Source of the DNA: an uncultured Oscillospiraceae bacterium
GTDB taxonomy: Bacteria > Pseudomonadota > Gammaproteobacteria > Burkholderiales > Burkholderiaceae_F
NCBI GenBank assembly: GCA_963587345.1
Contig: CAVACW010000001.1
Span: 38,645 to 102,644 of the forward strand
Reading direction: 5' to 3'
DNA length: 64,000 bases
A program made the position numbers and the translations under genes. Shown one piece after another: positions 23,462 through 34,188 of the stretch (its first letter is position 1; each line of letters begins with the position of its first letter). The notes beneath the pieces were generated by a model. The model was not told the DNA's origin and did no database searches. It saw nothing but the letters and a program-made list of their open reading frames with translations.

Positions 23462-23531
23462 TCGACCTGCCAACCAAAGCCGGATCGCTTCAACCGGCTT
23501 TTCCGGCACACTCAGGCTTCTCCTTCACTGA

Positions 23532-26120
<2,589 letters not shown>

Positions 26121-26166
26121 CGTTTTTTAACGACAATTTGAGCTGTTTTATCAGCGGGAGGTCATC

Positions 26167-27096
26167 GTGAAAACAACAGAAAACCAGTTGGTAGTCGCGG
26201 TGTCCTCCCGCGCTCTTTTTGATCTAGAAAGCGAGCATGAGCTCTTTGAGCGGGAAGGCATCGCCGCCTACCGCGCCTACCAGGAACGCCACCGTGACGA
26301 TCCGCTGCGCCCCGGCGTCGCTTTTCCCTTCATCCGGCGGCTCTTGAAGCTCAACGAGCTCTTCGACGGCGCCGAGCCCTTCCGCGTCGTTGTGCTGAGC
26401 CGCAACTCGCCCGAAACTGGCCAGCGATTCTTCAGCTCCTGCCGCCATTACCATCTTCCTATCCGGGCAGGCGCCTTCACGTCCGGCCAGTCCACTTTCC
26501 CATACCTCGCCTCCTTTGACGTCTCGCTCTTTCTCTCTGCCAATCGCGAAAGCGTGATGAGCGCGCTCGCCGCCGGACAACCGGCGGGCTGGGTGCTCCC
26601 CAGCAACTCTGGCGAAGCCGCGGAAGACGGCGACAACGAGCTGCGCATCGCCTTTGACTTTGATGGCGTCATCATTGACGACGAAGCCGAGCGCGAGTAC
26701 CAGAAGGACGGCCTGGAGGGCTTTCAGTCGCTTGAAATTGCCAAGGCGGCGACGCCTCACACGCCCGGGCCGCTGGCAAAGCTCTTTAAAAAGCTCGCCG
26801 CCTTCCAAAAGATGGACGCCAAGCGAGGCCAAAACGATCCTTACTACCAGCCGGCCATCCGCGTCGCCATCGTCACAAGCCGCGGCGCTCCGAGCGAACA
26901 GCGTCTCATTACTACCTTGAAGGCTCAGGGGATGAGCGCCGCCGAGCTCTTTCTGATGGACGGACTCCCCAAAAGCCAGGTGCTCAACGTACTCCGTCCG
27001 CACATCTTTTTTGACGACCAGCTGCGCCACCTTGAGCGCACGGCAACCACCATCCCCAGCGTGCTGATCCCCTTCGGCATCAACAACCCGCATTAA
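26167..27096 (+). CDS. 5'-nucleotidase (cN-I-like, PF06189 type)
   Basis: VAVSSRALFDL, LSRNSPETG, LFLSAN, RIAFDFDGV, PHIFFDDQ. Confidence 0.88.
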   Translation: MKTTENQLVVAVSSRALFDLESEHELFEREGIAAYRAYQERHRDDPLRPGVAFPFIRRLLKLNELFDGAEPFRVVVLSRNSPETGQRFFSSCRHYHLPIRAGAFTSGQSTFPYLASFDVSLFLSANRESVMSALAAGQPAGWVLPSNSGEAAEDGDNELRIAFDFDGVIIDDEAEREYQKDGLEGFQSLEIAKAATPHTPGPLAKLFKKLAAFQKMDAKRGQNDPYYQPAIRVAIVTSRGAPSEQRLITTLKAQGMSAAELFLMDGLPKSQVLNVLRPHIFFDDQLRHLERTATTIPSVLIPFGINNPH

Positions 27097-27169
27097 CGGC
27101 CCCAAAAAGGCCCTCTGCGGCGCTTGTTGTCCACAGCCCTTCTGTGGATATCAAGCGCCGTTTTGCGTC

Positions 27170-27640
27170 TTAAATACCTTCGTCTTTCTTCAGCGTGCGA
27201 CGCACCGTCATCCCAAGCGCTCGCAGCGAGATGCTCACCTCGCGAGAAAACAGCACGGTGGAGATGACGATGAAGCCCACGGCAAGAAAGAGCAGCAAGT
27301 CCTCCATGATTCTCAGATTGAGGCTGAACATTGTGGACAAGACGCTTGTCCACACTAGCAGCCCCGAGAAGGCAGCTGACATCACGACAAAGAGAATTGA
27401 TCCCTTTAGTAATTTAGATCTATGAAAAATAAGCAATATTTCTTCATTAATCAGTTTTACATCATCGCTTTTGTCTGACAGATTGACTATCTGCAACCGG
27501 CTTTTCAGCAGTTCGCGAATGCGATTTGTGGTGTGCGCATAACGTGCTGACATGGTGAGCATCAGAAGCCCTACGCCGGAAATTAACGTCACCGGCGTCA
27601 GCGCAGAACTTAGCACTGAAACAAATTCAACATTATTCAT
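27170..27640 (-). CDS. DUF2721-like membrane protein
   Basis: ALTPVTLISGVGLLML..RY...RIR; C-terminal REV.IS. Confidence 0.8.
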   Translation of the reverse strand: MNNVEFVSVLSSALTPVTLISGVGLLMLTMSARYAHTTNRIRELLKSRLQIVNLSDKSDDVKLINEEILLIFHRSKLLKGSILFVVMSAAFSGLLVWTSVLSTMFSLNLRIMEDLLLFLAVGFIVISTVLFSREVSISLRALGMTVRRTLKKDEGI

Positions 27641-27859
27641 AAAGTTCTTTCACCTGACATATAAGACTCTTTATACATTGTTTTTATAAAGTTTTCCCTT
27701 GGTGAGGGGGAAGATTTTAGTCATGGAAATTGGCCAAGGCACCTTTATTTGCGATCGGTTTGCCTTCGAAGCAAGAACTCCCTCCGCTTTACTTTCTCAC
27801 AGAGGGTCTGTGGAGAAGAACAGGAGTTCCACGCCTTCGAAATGCAAAAGGGCTTCCCT

Positions 27860-28111
27860 AAAAATGATAATTTTTTAAGATTTAAACATAACAGTAGTAA
27901 ACAATAGGGTGTGGACAAAACTGTTGATAAGCGGGGAAAATTAAGCAACATCAGTAGCTTAGCGTGTGGATAAAGCTGCGGAGACTAGGACGGAAAGGCT
28001 GTGGCCTGCCTGTGGATGGTTGTGTGGAAAAAGACGAGGGTAAAAACGGACGAAAAATTATCCGCAGATCGAGTCCAGTTGTTAAGACAGTTGTCCCATC
28101 TTTTATCCACA
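27860..28111. other. Replication origin module 1 (oriC-like)
   Basis: AT-rich tract 27860-27888; trios TAA CAG TAG TAA (A) CAA TAG; boxes at 27910, 27922, 27965, 28011, 28023; reversed boxes at 28058 and 28103; IHF-like CATCAGTAGCTTA 27949. Confidence 0.8.
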
Positions 28112-28270
28112 GCGACCGGAGGAAAAGCGAAGGGGAAGAGGGACTGTCGGCCAGAAGTGATTCGGAAGAGGGGAATTTTTGGTAGTGGAGGAAAGAGAAT
28201 ATTGATCTACAAGCTAAAAAACGTTCATTGCAAAGCGGCGACTACACTGGACGAGTTATTCCTGCCGTTC

Positions 28271-28514
28271 TAATAAAAATTTAATTTTTTAAATAACAGT
28301 AGTAACAATAACGGCGAACAACTCTGTGGATAAAAACTGAAAGTCATTTTATTTCATGGCTTTGAGCTGTGAAAAACGTTGGGGACGAGCGATCGGATTG
28401 GTTGTGCACAGCCTGTGGAGAGCTGTGTGGAAAAGAGGGGGGTAAAGAGCGGCTGAAATTCCATCCCCAGCGGACATCGACTTCTTCTTTGGATTGTCCA
28501 CAAAGTTTTCCACA
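28271..28514. other. Replication origin module 2 (oriC-like)
   Basis: AT-rich tract 28271-28293; trios AAA TAA CAG TAG TAA CAA TAA; boxes at 28325, 28368, 28403, 28414, 28426; reversed boxes at 28494 and 28506; IHF-like TTTCATGGCTTTG 28352. Confidence 0.8.
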
Positions 28515-28609
28515 GAGCCATTGGTCCGCAACGGGCCGCCGCTGTTGCGGTGAAGCGAAAAGCGCAGTAAATTTTCCCTGTTTTTCGTGTTTTGCTTGGA
28601 TGAGGCGGC

Positions 28610-29383
28610 ATGTTCAGCCTGGAAGTAATGCCTTGGTTCTCTCCGGCGGTTTCTCCGGAGATTGCCCGAGTCATGCACAACCTGGGATATCGTTCGGAGC
28701 TTTGGCCAGGCGAGGAGATTGGTCAGGGCTTTTTTCGCCGCGTTGTTTTTGTTGCCGGCGGATTTGCGGCAAATGCCTTGATTGCAACAGGCAGCCATGC
28801 GCCGCTGCAGATGACGATGGCGGGCGCAGGCAGCTTTGCGGTGACTGGAAGCGCGCTTTCGGTGGATGACAATGAGCCGCGCCGTTGCTGGGCGCTTACT
28901 CGATGTACGACGCTTTCTGTGAGTCCTGAAATATTGATTCGTCTTTCCGAAGTGGAAAGCGCCTGGAGTAAGGAGCTGACGTCGTACCATATGCGCCGTT
29001 GCGTGAGCGAGCGATTTGGTCAGATGGTCTGTCATGTAGCCAAGCCCGACCGTCGACTGGGCGTATTGCTGGCGACGTCTACGGAAGCTGTGAGTGCTTC
29101 CTCTCGCGGTCGGTTGAAGGAGTCAGCGGACGGCTGGGTTCGCCTGCCGCATCTTCCTTCGCGTAAACTCATTGCCTCGGTGATTTCCTGTTCTCCCACT
29201 ACGCTGGATCAGGTGATTCGCGACTGGATGGCGCAAGGTCTCTTTCGCCATGAAGGTGGTTCACTGTGGATGAAAAAGTCGGCAGTGAAGGAGCATCGGC
29301 AGTGGCTGACGCCCTTCCTGCAAATGCAAAAGGACATCGAGAAGGCCGTCAACGTGCGGTCGAATTTTCATTTTCCGGAGTAA
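28610..29383 (+). CDS. Divergent Crp/Fnr family transcriptional regulator
   Basis: cNMP-barrel-like N-half (VVFVAGG, ALTRCTTLSVS) and C-terminal HTH (PSRKLIASVISCSPTTLDQVIRDWMAQGL). Confidence 0.7.
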   Translation: MFSLEVMPWFSPAVSPEIARVMHNLGYRSELWPGEEIGQGFFRRVVFVAGGFAANALIATGSHAPLQMTMAGAGSFAVTGSALSVDDNEPRRCWALTRCTTLSVSPEILIRLSEVESAWSKELTSYHMRRCVSERFGQMVCHVAKPDRRLGVLLATSTEAVSASSRGRLKESADGWVRLPHLPSRKLIASVISCSPTTLDQVIRDWMAQGLFRHEGGSLWMKKSAVKEHRQWLTPFLQMQKDIEKAVNVRSNFHFPE

Positions 29384-29385
29384 CC

Positions 29386-30078
29386 ATGACGCGTTCCTTT
29401 AAGAAGCTTTCTCTTTTTGCTGCAGCCGCTTCGTCGGCGGTCGTTTTGATGACGACGGGGTGCGCGCCGCTCATTTTCGGCGGAGCTGTGGTGGCAGGAG
29501 GCACAACCGTGTCTTCCGCAGCGGACCGTCGATCCACTGGCGCTCAGGTGAACGATGGCATTTTGGAAACCCGCGTAAGGGGGGAAATTCTTCGTGCTAT
29601 TGGCAGTGATGCAAAGACGCACTACACCGTGACAGCTTACAACGGCAGTGTGCTGCTTTCCGGTGAGATGGCGACGGAAGAACTGAAGGCGACTGCAGTG
29701 AAGACGGCTCGCGCCAGTCTGGACGTGAAGCGTGTCATGGATGAAATCGCCGTCATGGAGCCCGTGAGCGTGGGGCAGAGAATGAGTGACTCGACGCTGG
29801 CGACGAAAGTTCGCAGCAACATCATTGGCAACAAGAACGTCTCCATCAATCAGTTGAAGATCACGGTGGAACGCGGCATCGTTTACATCACGGGTCTTTT
29901 GACGCCGGAGGAAAACAAGGAAGCCTGCCAGTCCGCTGCGAAGACGAGCGGTGTAGTGAAGGTGGTGTCGCACGCCGAGCTTTTGAGCGCCGAACGCATT
30001 GAGAAGATGAAGGAAGAGGAGGCGGCGCGCAAGGCGCGTCTTGCGCAGGATCAAGCGGATCAATCGGCGACGCAGTGA
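29386..30078 (+). CDS. Dual-BON domain lipoprotein (DolP/YraP-like)
   Basis: Lipobox TTGC, DRRSTGAQVND, two BON repeats; start ATG 29386 with GGAG RBS. Confidence 0.88.
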   Translation: MTRSFKKLSLFAAAASSAVVLMTTGCAPLIFGGAVVAGGTTVSSAADRRSTGAQVNDGILETRVRGEILRAIGSDAKTHYTVTAYNGSVLLSGEMATEELKATAVKTARASLDVKRVMDEIAVMEPVSVGQRMSDSTLATKVRSNIIGNKNVSINQLKITVERGIVYITGLLTPEENKEACQSAAKTSGVVKVVSHAELLSAERIEKMKEEEAARKARLAQDQADQSATQ

Positions 30079-30097
30079 TTTTGCGGTTGCATTACGC

Positions 30098-30130
30098 AAA
30101 AAAAAGGGGAGCCTGGCGGCTCCCCTTTTT
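30098..30130. terminator. Bidirectional intrinsic terminator
   Basis: A8-GGGGAGCC-TGGC-GGCTCCCC-T5 between convergent genes. Confidence 0.85.
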
Positions 30131-30141
30131 GTACCGTGTCC

Positions 30142-31059
30142 TTAGAACTTTGTGAGGACAAAGGCGATGATGGCGCCTGCGGTGAGCGCTAGCGAAAAGA
30201 GAAGCTCCAGCCGGATGACGGAGAACATCACGGCATTCAATTCCAGCCCGTTTTTTCGCGCCAGATTACGCGAGGCAACGACGGCGAGCGGGATCGTTCC
30301 CCAAGTGATGAGAACGGGCCACAGCGCATGATTGATGGCCGCCAGAAGAGCAGTGAGCAGGTAGGGCAGGAGGATGCTTGCGGTGAAGACGGCCAGCATG
30401 CCTTTTTTTCCCAGCAGCACGGCGAGCGTGCTGCGGCCGACGGAAGCATCATGCTCTTCGTCGCGGTAGTTGTTGACGGCTAGTACGGCGGCGGCGATGA
30501 AGCCCACGGCGGAGGCGGAGAGCACGGCTTCCGTTGAAACTGTGAGCGTCTGCAGGTAGTAGGTGCCGCAGACGGCGACAAGCCCGAAGAAGAGAAAGAC
30601 GGTGATTTCGCCAAAAGGGGTGTAGGCGATGGGCTTGGGGCCGCCCATGTAGCAGTAGGCGGCGACAATCGACGCGACGAAGATGGCGAGCATGACCCAG
30701 CCGCCGCAGTAGATGAGATAGGCAGTGTCGAGAAGCGCTATGACGCCCAGCAGCTTGATCGCCCGTTCGACGGCGGCGACGGTGAGCCAGCCGTTGGCCG
30801 TGGCGCGCGGAAGCCCTTTGCGCTTGGCATTTTCGGCCTTGCGCTTGGTGTAGCCCGCGTCGTTTTCCATGTTGCTCACAATTTGCATGAGAACGGAGAG
30901 AAGGAGCGTGGCGGCAGCGACGGGCCAGTTGAGACTTCCCGTGACGGCAAGCGCGAGAGCAAGTCCCGTAAGCACCGGGGCGAGTGCAATGATCCAGGTT
31001 TCGGGACGAGCACAAGCAGCCCAGGCTGCAAGACTGTTTTTCTTGATGTCGTTGGTCAT
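30142..31059 (-). CDS. menA: 1,4-dihydroxy-2-naphthoate prenyltransferase
   Basis: ARPET, YMGGPKPIAYTPFGE, NNYRDEEHD..GRSTLAVLLG; start ATG 31059. Confidence 0.88.
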   Translation of the reverse strand: MTNDIKKNSLAAWAACARPETWIIALAPVLTGLALALAVTGSLNWPVAAATLLLSVLMQIVSNMENDAGYTKRKAENAKRKGLPRATANGWLTVAAVERAIKLLGVIALLDTAYLIYCGGWVMLAIFVASIVAAYCYMGGPKPIAYTPFGEITVFLFFGLVAVCGTYYLQTLTVSTEAVLSASAVGFIAAAVLAVNNYRDEEHDASVGRSTLAVLLGKKGMLAVFTASILLPYLLTALLAAINHALWPVLITWGTIPLAVVASRNLARKNGLELNAVMFSVIRLELLFSLALTAGAIIAFVLTKF

Positions 31060-31063
31060 GGGG

Positions 31064-31357
31064 CTACAGCACGATCTTGACCATGGGGTGGCTTGTGAGC
31101 AGCCGGTAGACGGAGTCGAGCTGCTCTCGACTGTCAACGTGCACGGTGATGGTAAGCGATGTGTACTTGCCGGTCTTTGACTTTTCCTGACGGATGGTCG
31201 AAGGATCAAAGGAGGGCAGTATTTCATGAACGGCAGCGCCAACAGCCTGAGGAAAGTCGGGAGTCGAGAGCCCCATCGCCTTGATGGGAAAATCCGTCGG
31301 ATAAGTGATGAGGGATTCCTCCATGGCGAGGGGGCTGTCAGTAGTTTTTTCTGTCAT
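31064..31357 (-). CDS. YbeD/DUF493 protein
   Basis: LITYPTDFPIKAMG, SKTGKYTSLT, SREQLDSVY..L.SHPMVKIVL. Confidence 0.92.
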   Translation of the reverse strand: MTEKTTDSPLAMEESLITYPTDFPIKAMGLSTPDFPQAVGAAVHEILPSFDPSTIRQEKSKTGKYTSLTITVHVDSREQLDSVYRLLTSHPMVKIVL

Positions 31358-31371
31358 GTCGTGTCGTGTCC

Positions 31372-32550
31372 TTATTTCTTTTCCGGCTCCGCCCCGATCT
31401 TGAGGCGGACGGAGTCAATGAAGCGGCTGAAGAAGCTCCCTTCGCCGATGTCGTAGAGCGCGTAAAGAGGAAAGCTCGCGAGCCGCCGTCCTTCAAAATC
31501 CACGTGAAGCGTGGCAATTTTGTCGCCCTTTTTCAAGGGGGCCCAAAAGGGGTGTAAGTGTTCAATGGAAGTGGAAAGCCCGCCGGTGCCGCGGCCAGAG
31601 AGATCTTTCTGGCCGATGCTCACCCAAATGTCTTCGGCGGCGCCAACTTCGATGCGATCGCGATTGCCTCCCAGCACTTCTAGGCGGGCGATGGGGGCTC
31701 CTGCGTCAAAAAGACGGATGGTTTCGTAGTCTGTGCGTCCCTTCACAAAAAGAGACAGCACGGCGTTGGCAGCGGCGTCCGTAAGCGGTCCCGCCTTGTC
31801 GCTCAGGTAGACGGCAACCAGCCGGCGATCGACTTCGCTGTTGTTTTTGCGGTAGGTTGAGGAGGCGATGAAGGAGGGAGAGGTTGTTGAACTCATCACC
31901 CCGTCCACTTCATTGCTGCGCCAGAGGAGCACGTTGCGGCTTCGTTGCGCATTGCCAAGATAGGTGAACGTCTTGTCGGAGAACCAGCGAAACACCTCAG
32001 GGTATTTGTGGCGGATCGCTTGCGTTAGGATCGCCAGATCGCGTGAAGTGGAGCGGTTGGCGGCATGTGGAACTGGAGACGCAAACCGACTTTTTTTGAG
32101 CCCTAGCTTTTGAGCTGTATGGTTCATGGATTCGATGAAGCCTTCGCGCGAATCGGCAAGGCCGTCGGCGATCGCAAGGCAGGCGTCTTCCGCTCCGACG
32201 ACAGCGATGGCGTGAAGCAAAACACCGAATTCCGTCTGCTGGCGTGCGGTGAGATAGATGCGTTGCTGGCCAGTGACGGCCGCGGCCTGCGGTGATACGG
32301 TGATTTTTTTTAAAAATCGGTCTTTTTCTCCGTCAGTGAGCTGCAGGGCCGTGTAGATCGTCATGAGCTTTACGAAGTCGTTGGGATTGACGACAGTGTC
32401 GTCGTTTTCCGACGCGAGAACCATGCCGCTGATGCTGTCGAGAAGCGTCCAGGAGGGGGCGGCTTGTGCAGTCGCCAACAGGCTAGAGAAGGCCGCGGCT
32501 GCCACAAAGCTCATTTGACGCAGAAAAGAGGAAAAACCAATGTCCGACAT
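31372..32550 (-). CDS. DacA/PBP5-like D-Ala-D-Ala carboxypeptidase homolog with catalytic motifs lost
   Basis: Peptidase S11 fold plus PBP5_C tail; PNDFVKLMT replaces PASLTKMMT; sits in the dacA-ybeD position. Confidence 0.82.
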   Translation of the reverse strand: MSDIGFSSFLRQMSFVAAAAFSSLLATAQAAPSWTLLDSISGMVLASENDDTVVNPNDFVKLMTIYTALQLTDGEKDRFLKKITVSPQAAAVTGQQRIYLTARQQTEFGVLLHAIAVVGAEDACLAIADGLADSREGFIESMNHTAQKLGLKKSRFASPVPHAANRSTSRDLAILTQAIRHKYPEVFRWFSDKTFTYLGNAQRSRNVLLWRSNEVDGVMSSTTSPSFIASSTYRKNNSEVDRRLVAVYLSDKAGPLTDAAANAVLSLFVKGRTDYETIRLFDAGAPIARLEVLGGNRDRIEVGAAEDIWVSIGQKDLSGRGTGGLSTSIEHLHPFWAPLKKGDKIATLHVDFEGRRLASFPLYALYDIGEGSFFSRFIDSVRLKIGAEPEKK

Positions 32551-32761
32551 CAGAAAGCGTTGAATTGATATGGTTGAATCGTCCGCCGCGGGGAACAGGA
32601 GTTGGAAGCTATCGGGCGGAAGTAATGGTTTTCAGGCAAAATAGGAACTTCTCTGCGGCAGAAGGTCATCTGCGGCAGATTTCTTTTGAGCCGACGCTGC
32701 GTATTGTAAGGATTCAAGGCGACGCGCTGAAATGGGTTCGGCAGGGACAGGACGCCTCAAC

Positions 32762-33535
32762 GTGACGGTTTTACTGATTGATCTGGGCAACACGGCATTG
32801 AAGTGGACGACACTTGACAAGCCGGACGAACCCCATACGTATGTGCACGGCGGCAGCGATGCGGTGTCTGAGTCGCTTCTTTCAGAATGGCTCGCGCTGA
32901 AGCCCTCGCGAGTCGTCGGCTGCATGGTCTCCAGCGAAACGCTGGCTCTGACGCTCACCCGTTTTTTCAATCAGCACGGCATTGCTTGGGAGTGGCTTCA
33001 TTCCGAAGAACGATTCGTCGGGGACTTCACGCTGGTGAACCGTTACGAGAACAGTCGGCAGCTTGGAAGCGACCGCTGGTACGCCGCCGTGGGCGCTGCG
33101 GGACTCTATCCGGGGGAGGCGCTTCTCGTCGTGCACATGGGGACGGCGACGACAGTGGACACAATTCTCCCGGAAGGCGATCATCTGGCTTTCATGGGGG
33201 GGCGGATTCTTCCGGGGCCGCTCATGATGTACGACTCACTGGTGAAGGGCACCCGGTGCCGGCCGGAAGGCGTTGTGCGCATCGAGTCGTTTCCGCTTTC
33301 AACGGACGCCGCCATCTCCACTGGCATTCTGGAAGCGCATCTAGGGGTTTTCGAGCGTGCGTTGCAGTCAGTGAGGGAGCGGGGGCATGAGGCGCGTTTT
33401 GTCTTTGCGGGTGGCGCGGCGCCCCGCTACGCCTCCTACATTCAAACGGCCTATCCAAAGGCGGTTCTAAAGCACAATATGGTGTTGCGAGGCTTGGCGC
33501 TGAAGGCGCTTTTGAACGGACAAGGGGCGGATTGA
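32762..33535 (+). CDS. coaX: Type III pantothenate kinase
   Basis: IDLGNTALKW, LGSDRW, GTATTVD, GGRILPG; GTG start 32762. Confidence 0.92.
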   Translation: MTVLLIDLGNTALKWTTLDKPDEPHTYVHGGSDAVSESLLSEWLALKPSRVVGCMVSSETLALTLTRFFNQHGIAWEWLHSEERFVGDFTLVNRYENSRQLGSDRWYAAVGAAGLYPGEALLVVHMGTATTVDTILPEGDHLAFMGGRILPGPLMMYDSLVKGTRCRPEGVVRIESFPLSTDAAISTGILEAHLGVFERALQSVRERGHEARFVFAGGAAPRYASYIQTAYPKAVLKHNMVLRGLALKALLNGQGAD

Positions 33536-34188
33536 TGCGAGGTTTGCTCATTGTCTGTTCAGTCGTTCTGGCAGCACTTTCTGCCTGGGGGCTGAAGGAC
33601 GTTTCGACAGAGGACTTTGGGAGCGCTGATGTGGCGGGCAGCGCGCAGATGAAGTTTGAGAAGCATCGGGCGGAAAAAATGTCGGCGGCTGAGGCGAAAA
33701 CAGCGGCAGCCGAGGAGACGTGTCTTGTCTGGGGGGGCTTTCCCGTGGGGGATTTGGTGCGGGTTCGCCTGCATTTGAAGCGACAGCGCTTGGAAGACAA
33801 AGTCATCGTGCAGGATCGCTTCGGTCCTGAGCGCTTCGTGGCTTATCTCGGCCCCTACGACAATCAGACGGCGGTGAGAGCCTTTGTGAAGCAGTTCCGG
33901 CAGCAAGGGTTTAGAACCGTTCGTCCCATTTTGTCGGGCGAGCTTTCCTATGGGGTGGAGATTGCTTCTTTCAAGACCCGTGAGGCGGCGGAGGCGTTTC
34001 TCACAGGAAAGAAGGCGCCTGACATGAAGGGCATCAAGATCACGAATCGACTGGGAGAGCCCACCGGCATGGTGGACCTTGTCTTCAGCCGTTTAAACGA
34101 CGGTGAGAAGACAAGGCTTGAGGCGTTGAGAGCGCTTTATCCGAGAACGATGCTTAGCGCCTGTTATCAACCGGAAACGCCGAATTGA
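33535..34188 (+). CDS. SPOR-domain protein
   Basis: N-terminal TM; CLVWGGF motif typical of the gene following coaX; TGATG coupling to coaX. Confidence 0.75.
   Translation: MRGLLIVCSVVLAALSAWGLKDVSTEDFGSADVAGSAQMKFEKHRAEKMSAAEAKTAAAEETCLVWGGFPVGDLVRVRLHLKRQRLEDKVIVQDRFGPERFVAYLGPYDNQTAVRAFVKQFRQQGFRTVRPILSGELSYGVEIASFKTREAAEAFLTGKKAPDMKGIKITNRLGEPTGMVDLVFSRLNDGEKTRLEALRALYPRTMLSACYQPETPN

Noticed and set aside
27745..28869. Short ORFs across the origin region (27745-27951, 27964-28185, 28001-28273, 28354-28680, 28369-28869)
   Set aside because: They translate DnaA boxes (LSTG, VDN, LWI-type peptides) and show no family signal.
32565..32765. 66-aa ORF before coaX as a birA remnant
   Set aside because: birA often precedes coaX and the stop overlaps the GTG, but I see no BirA motifs.
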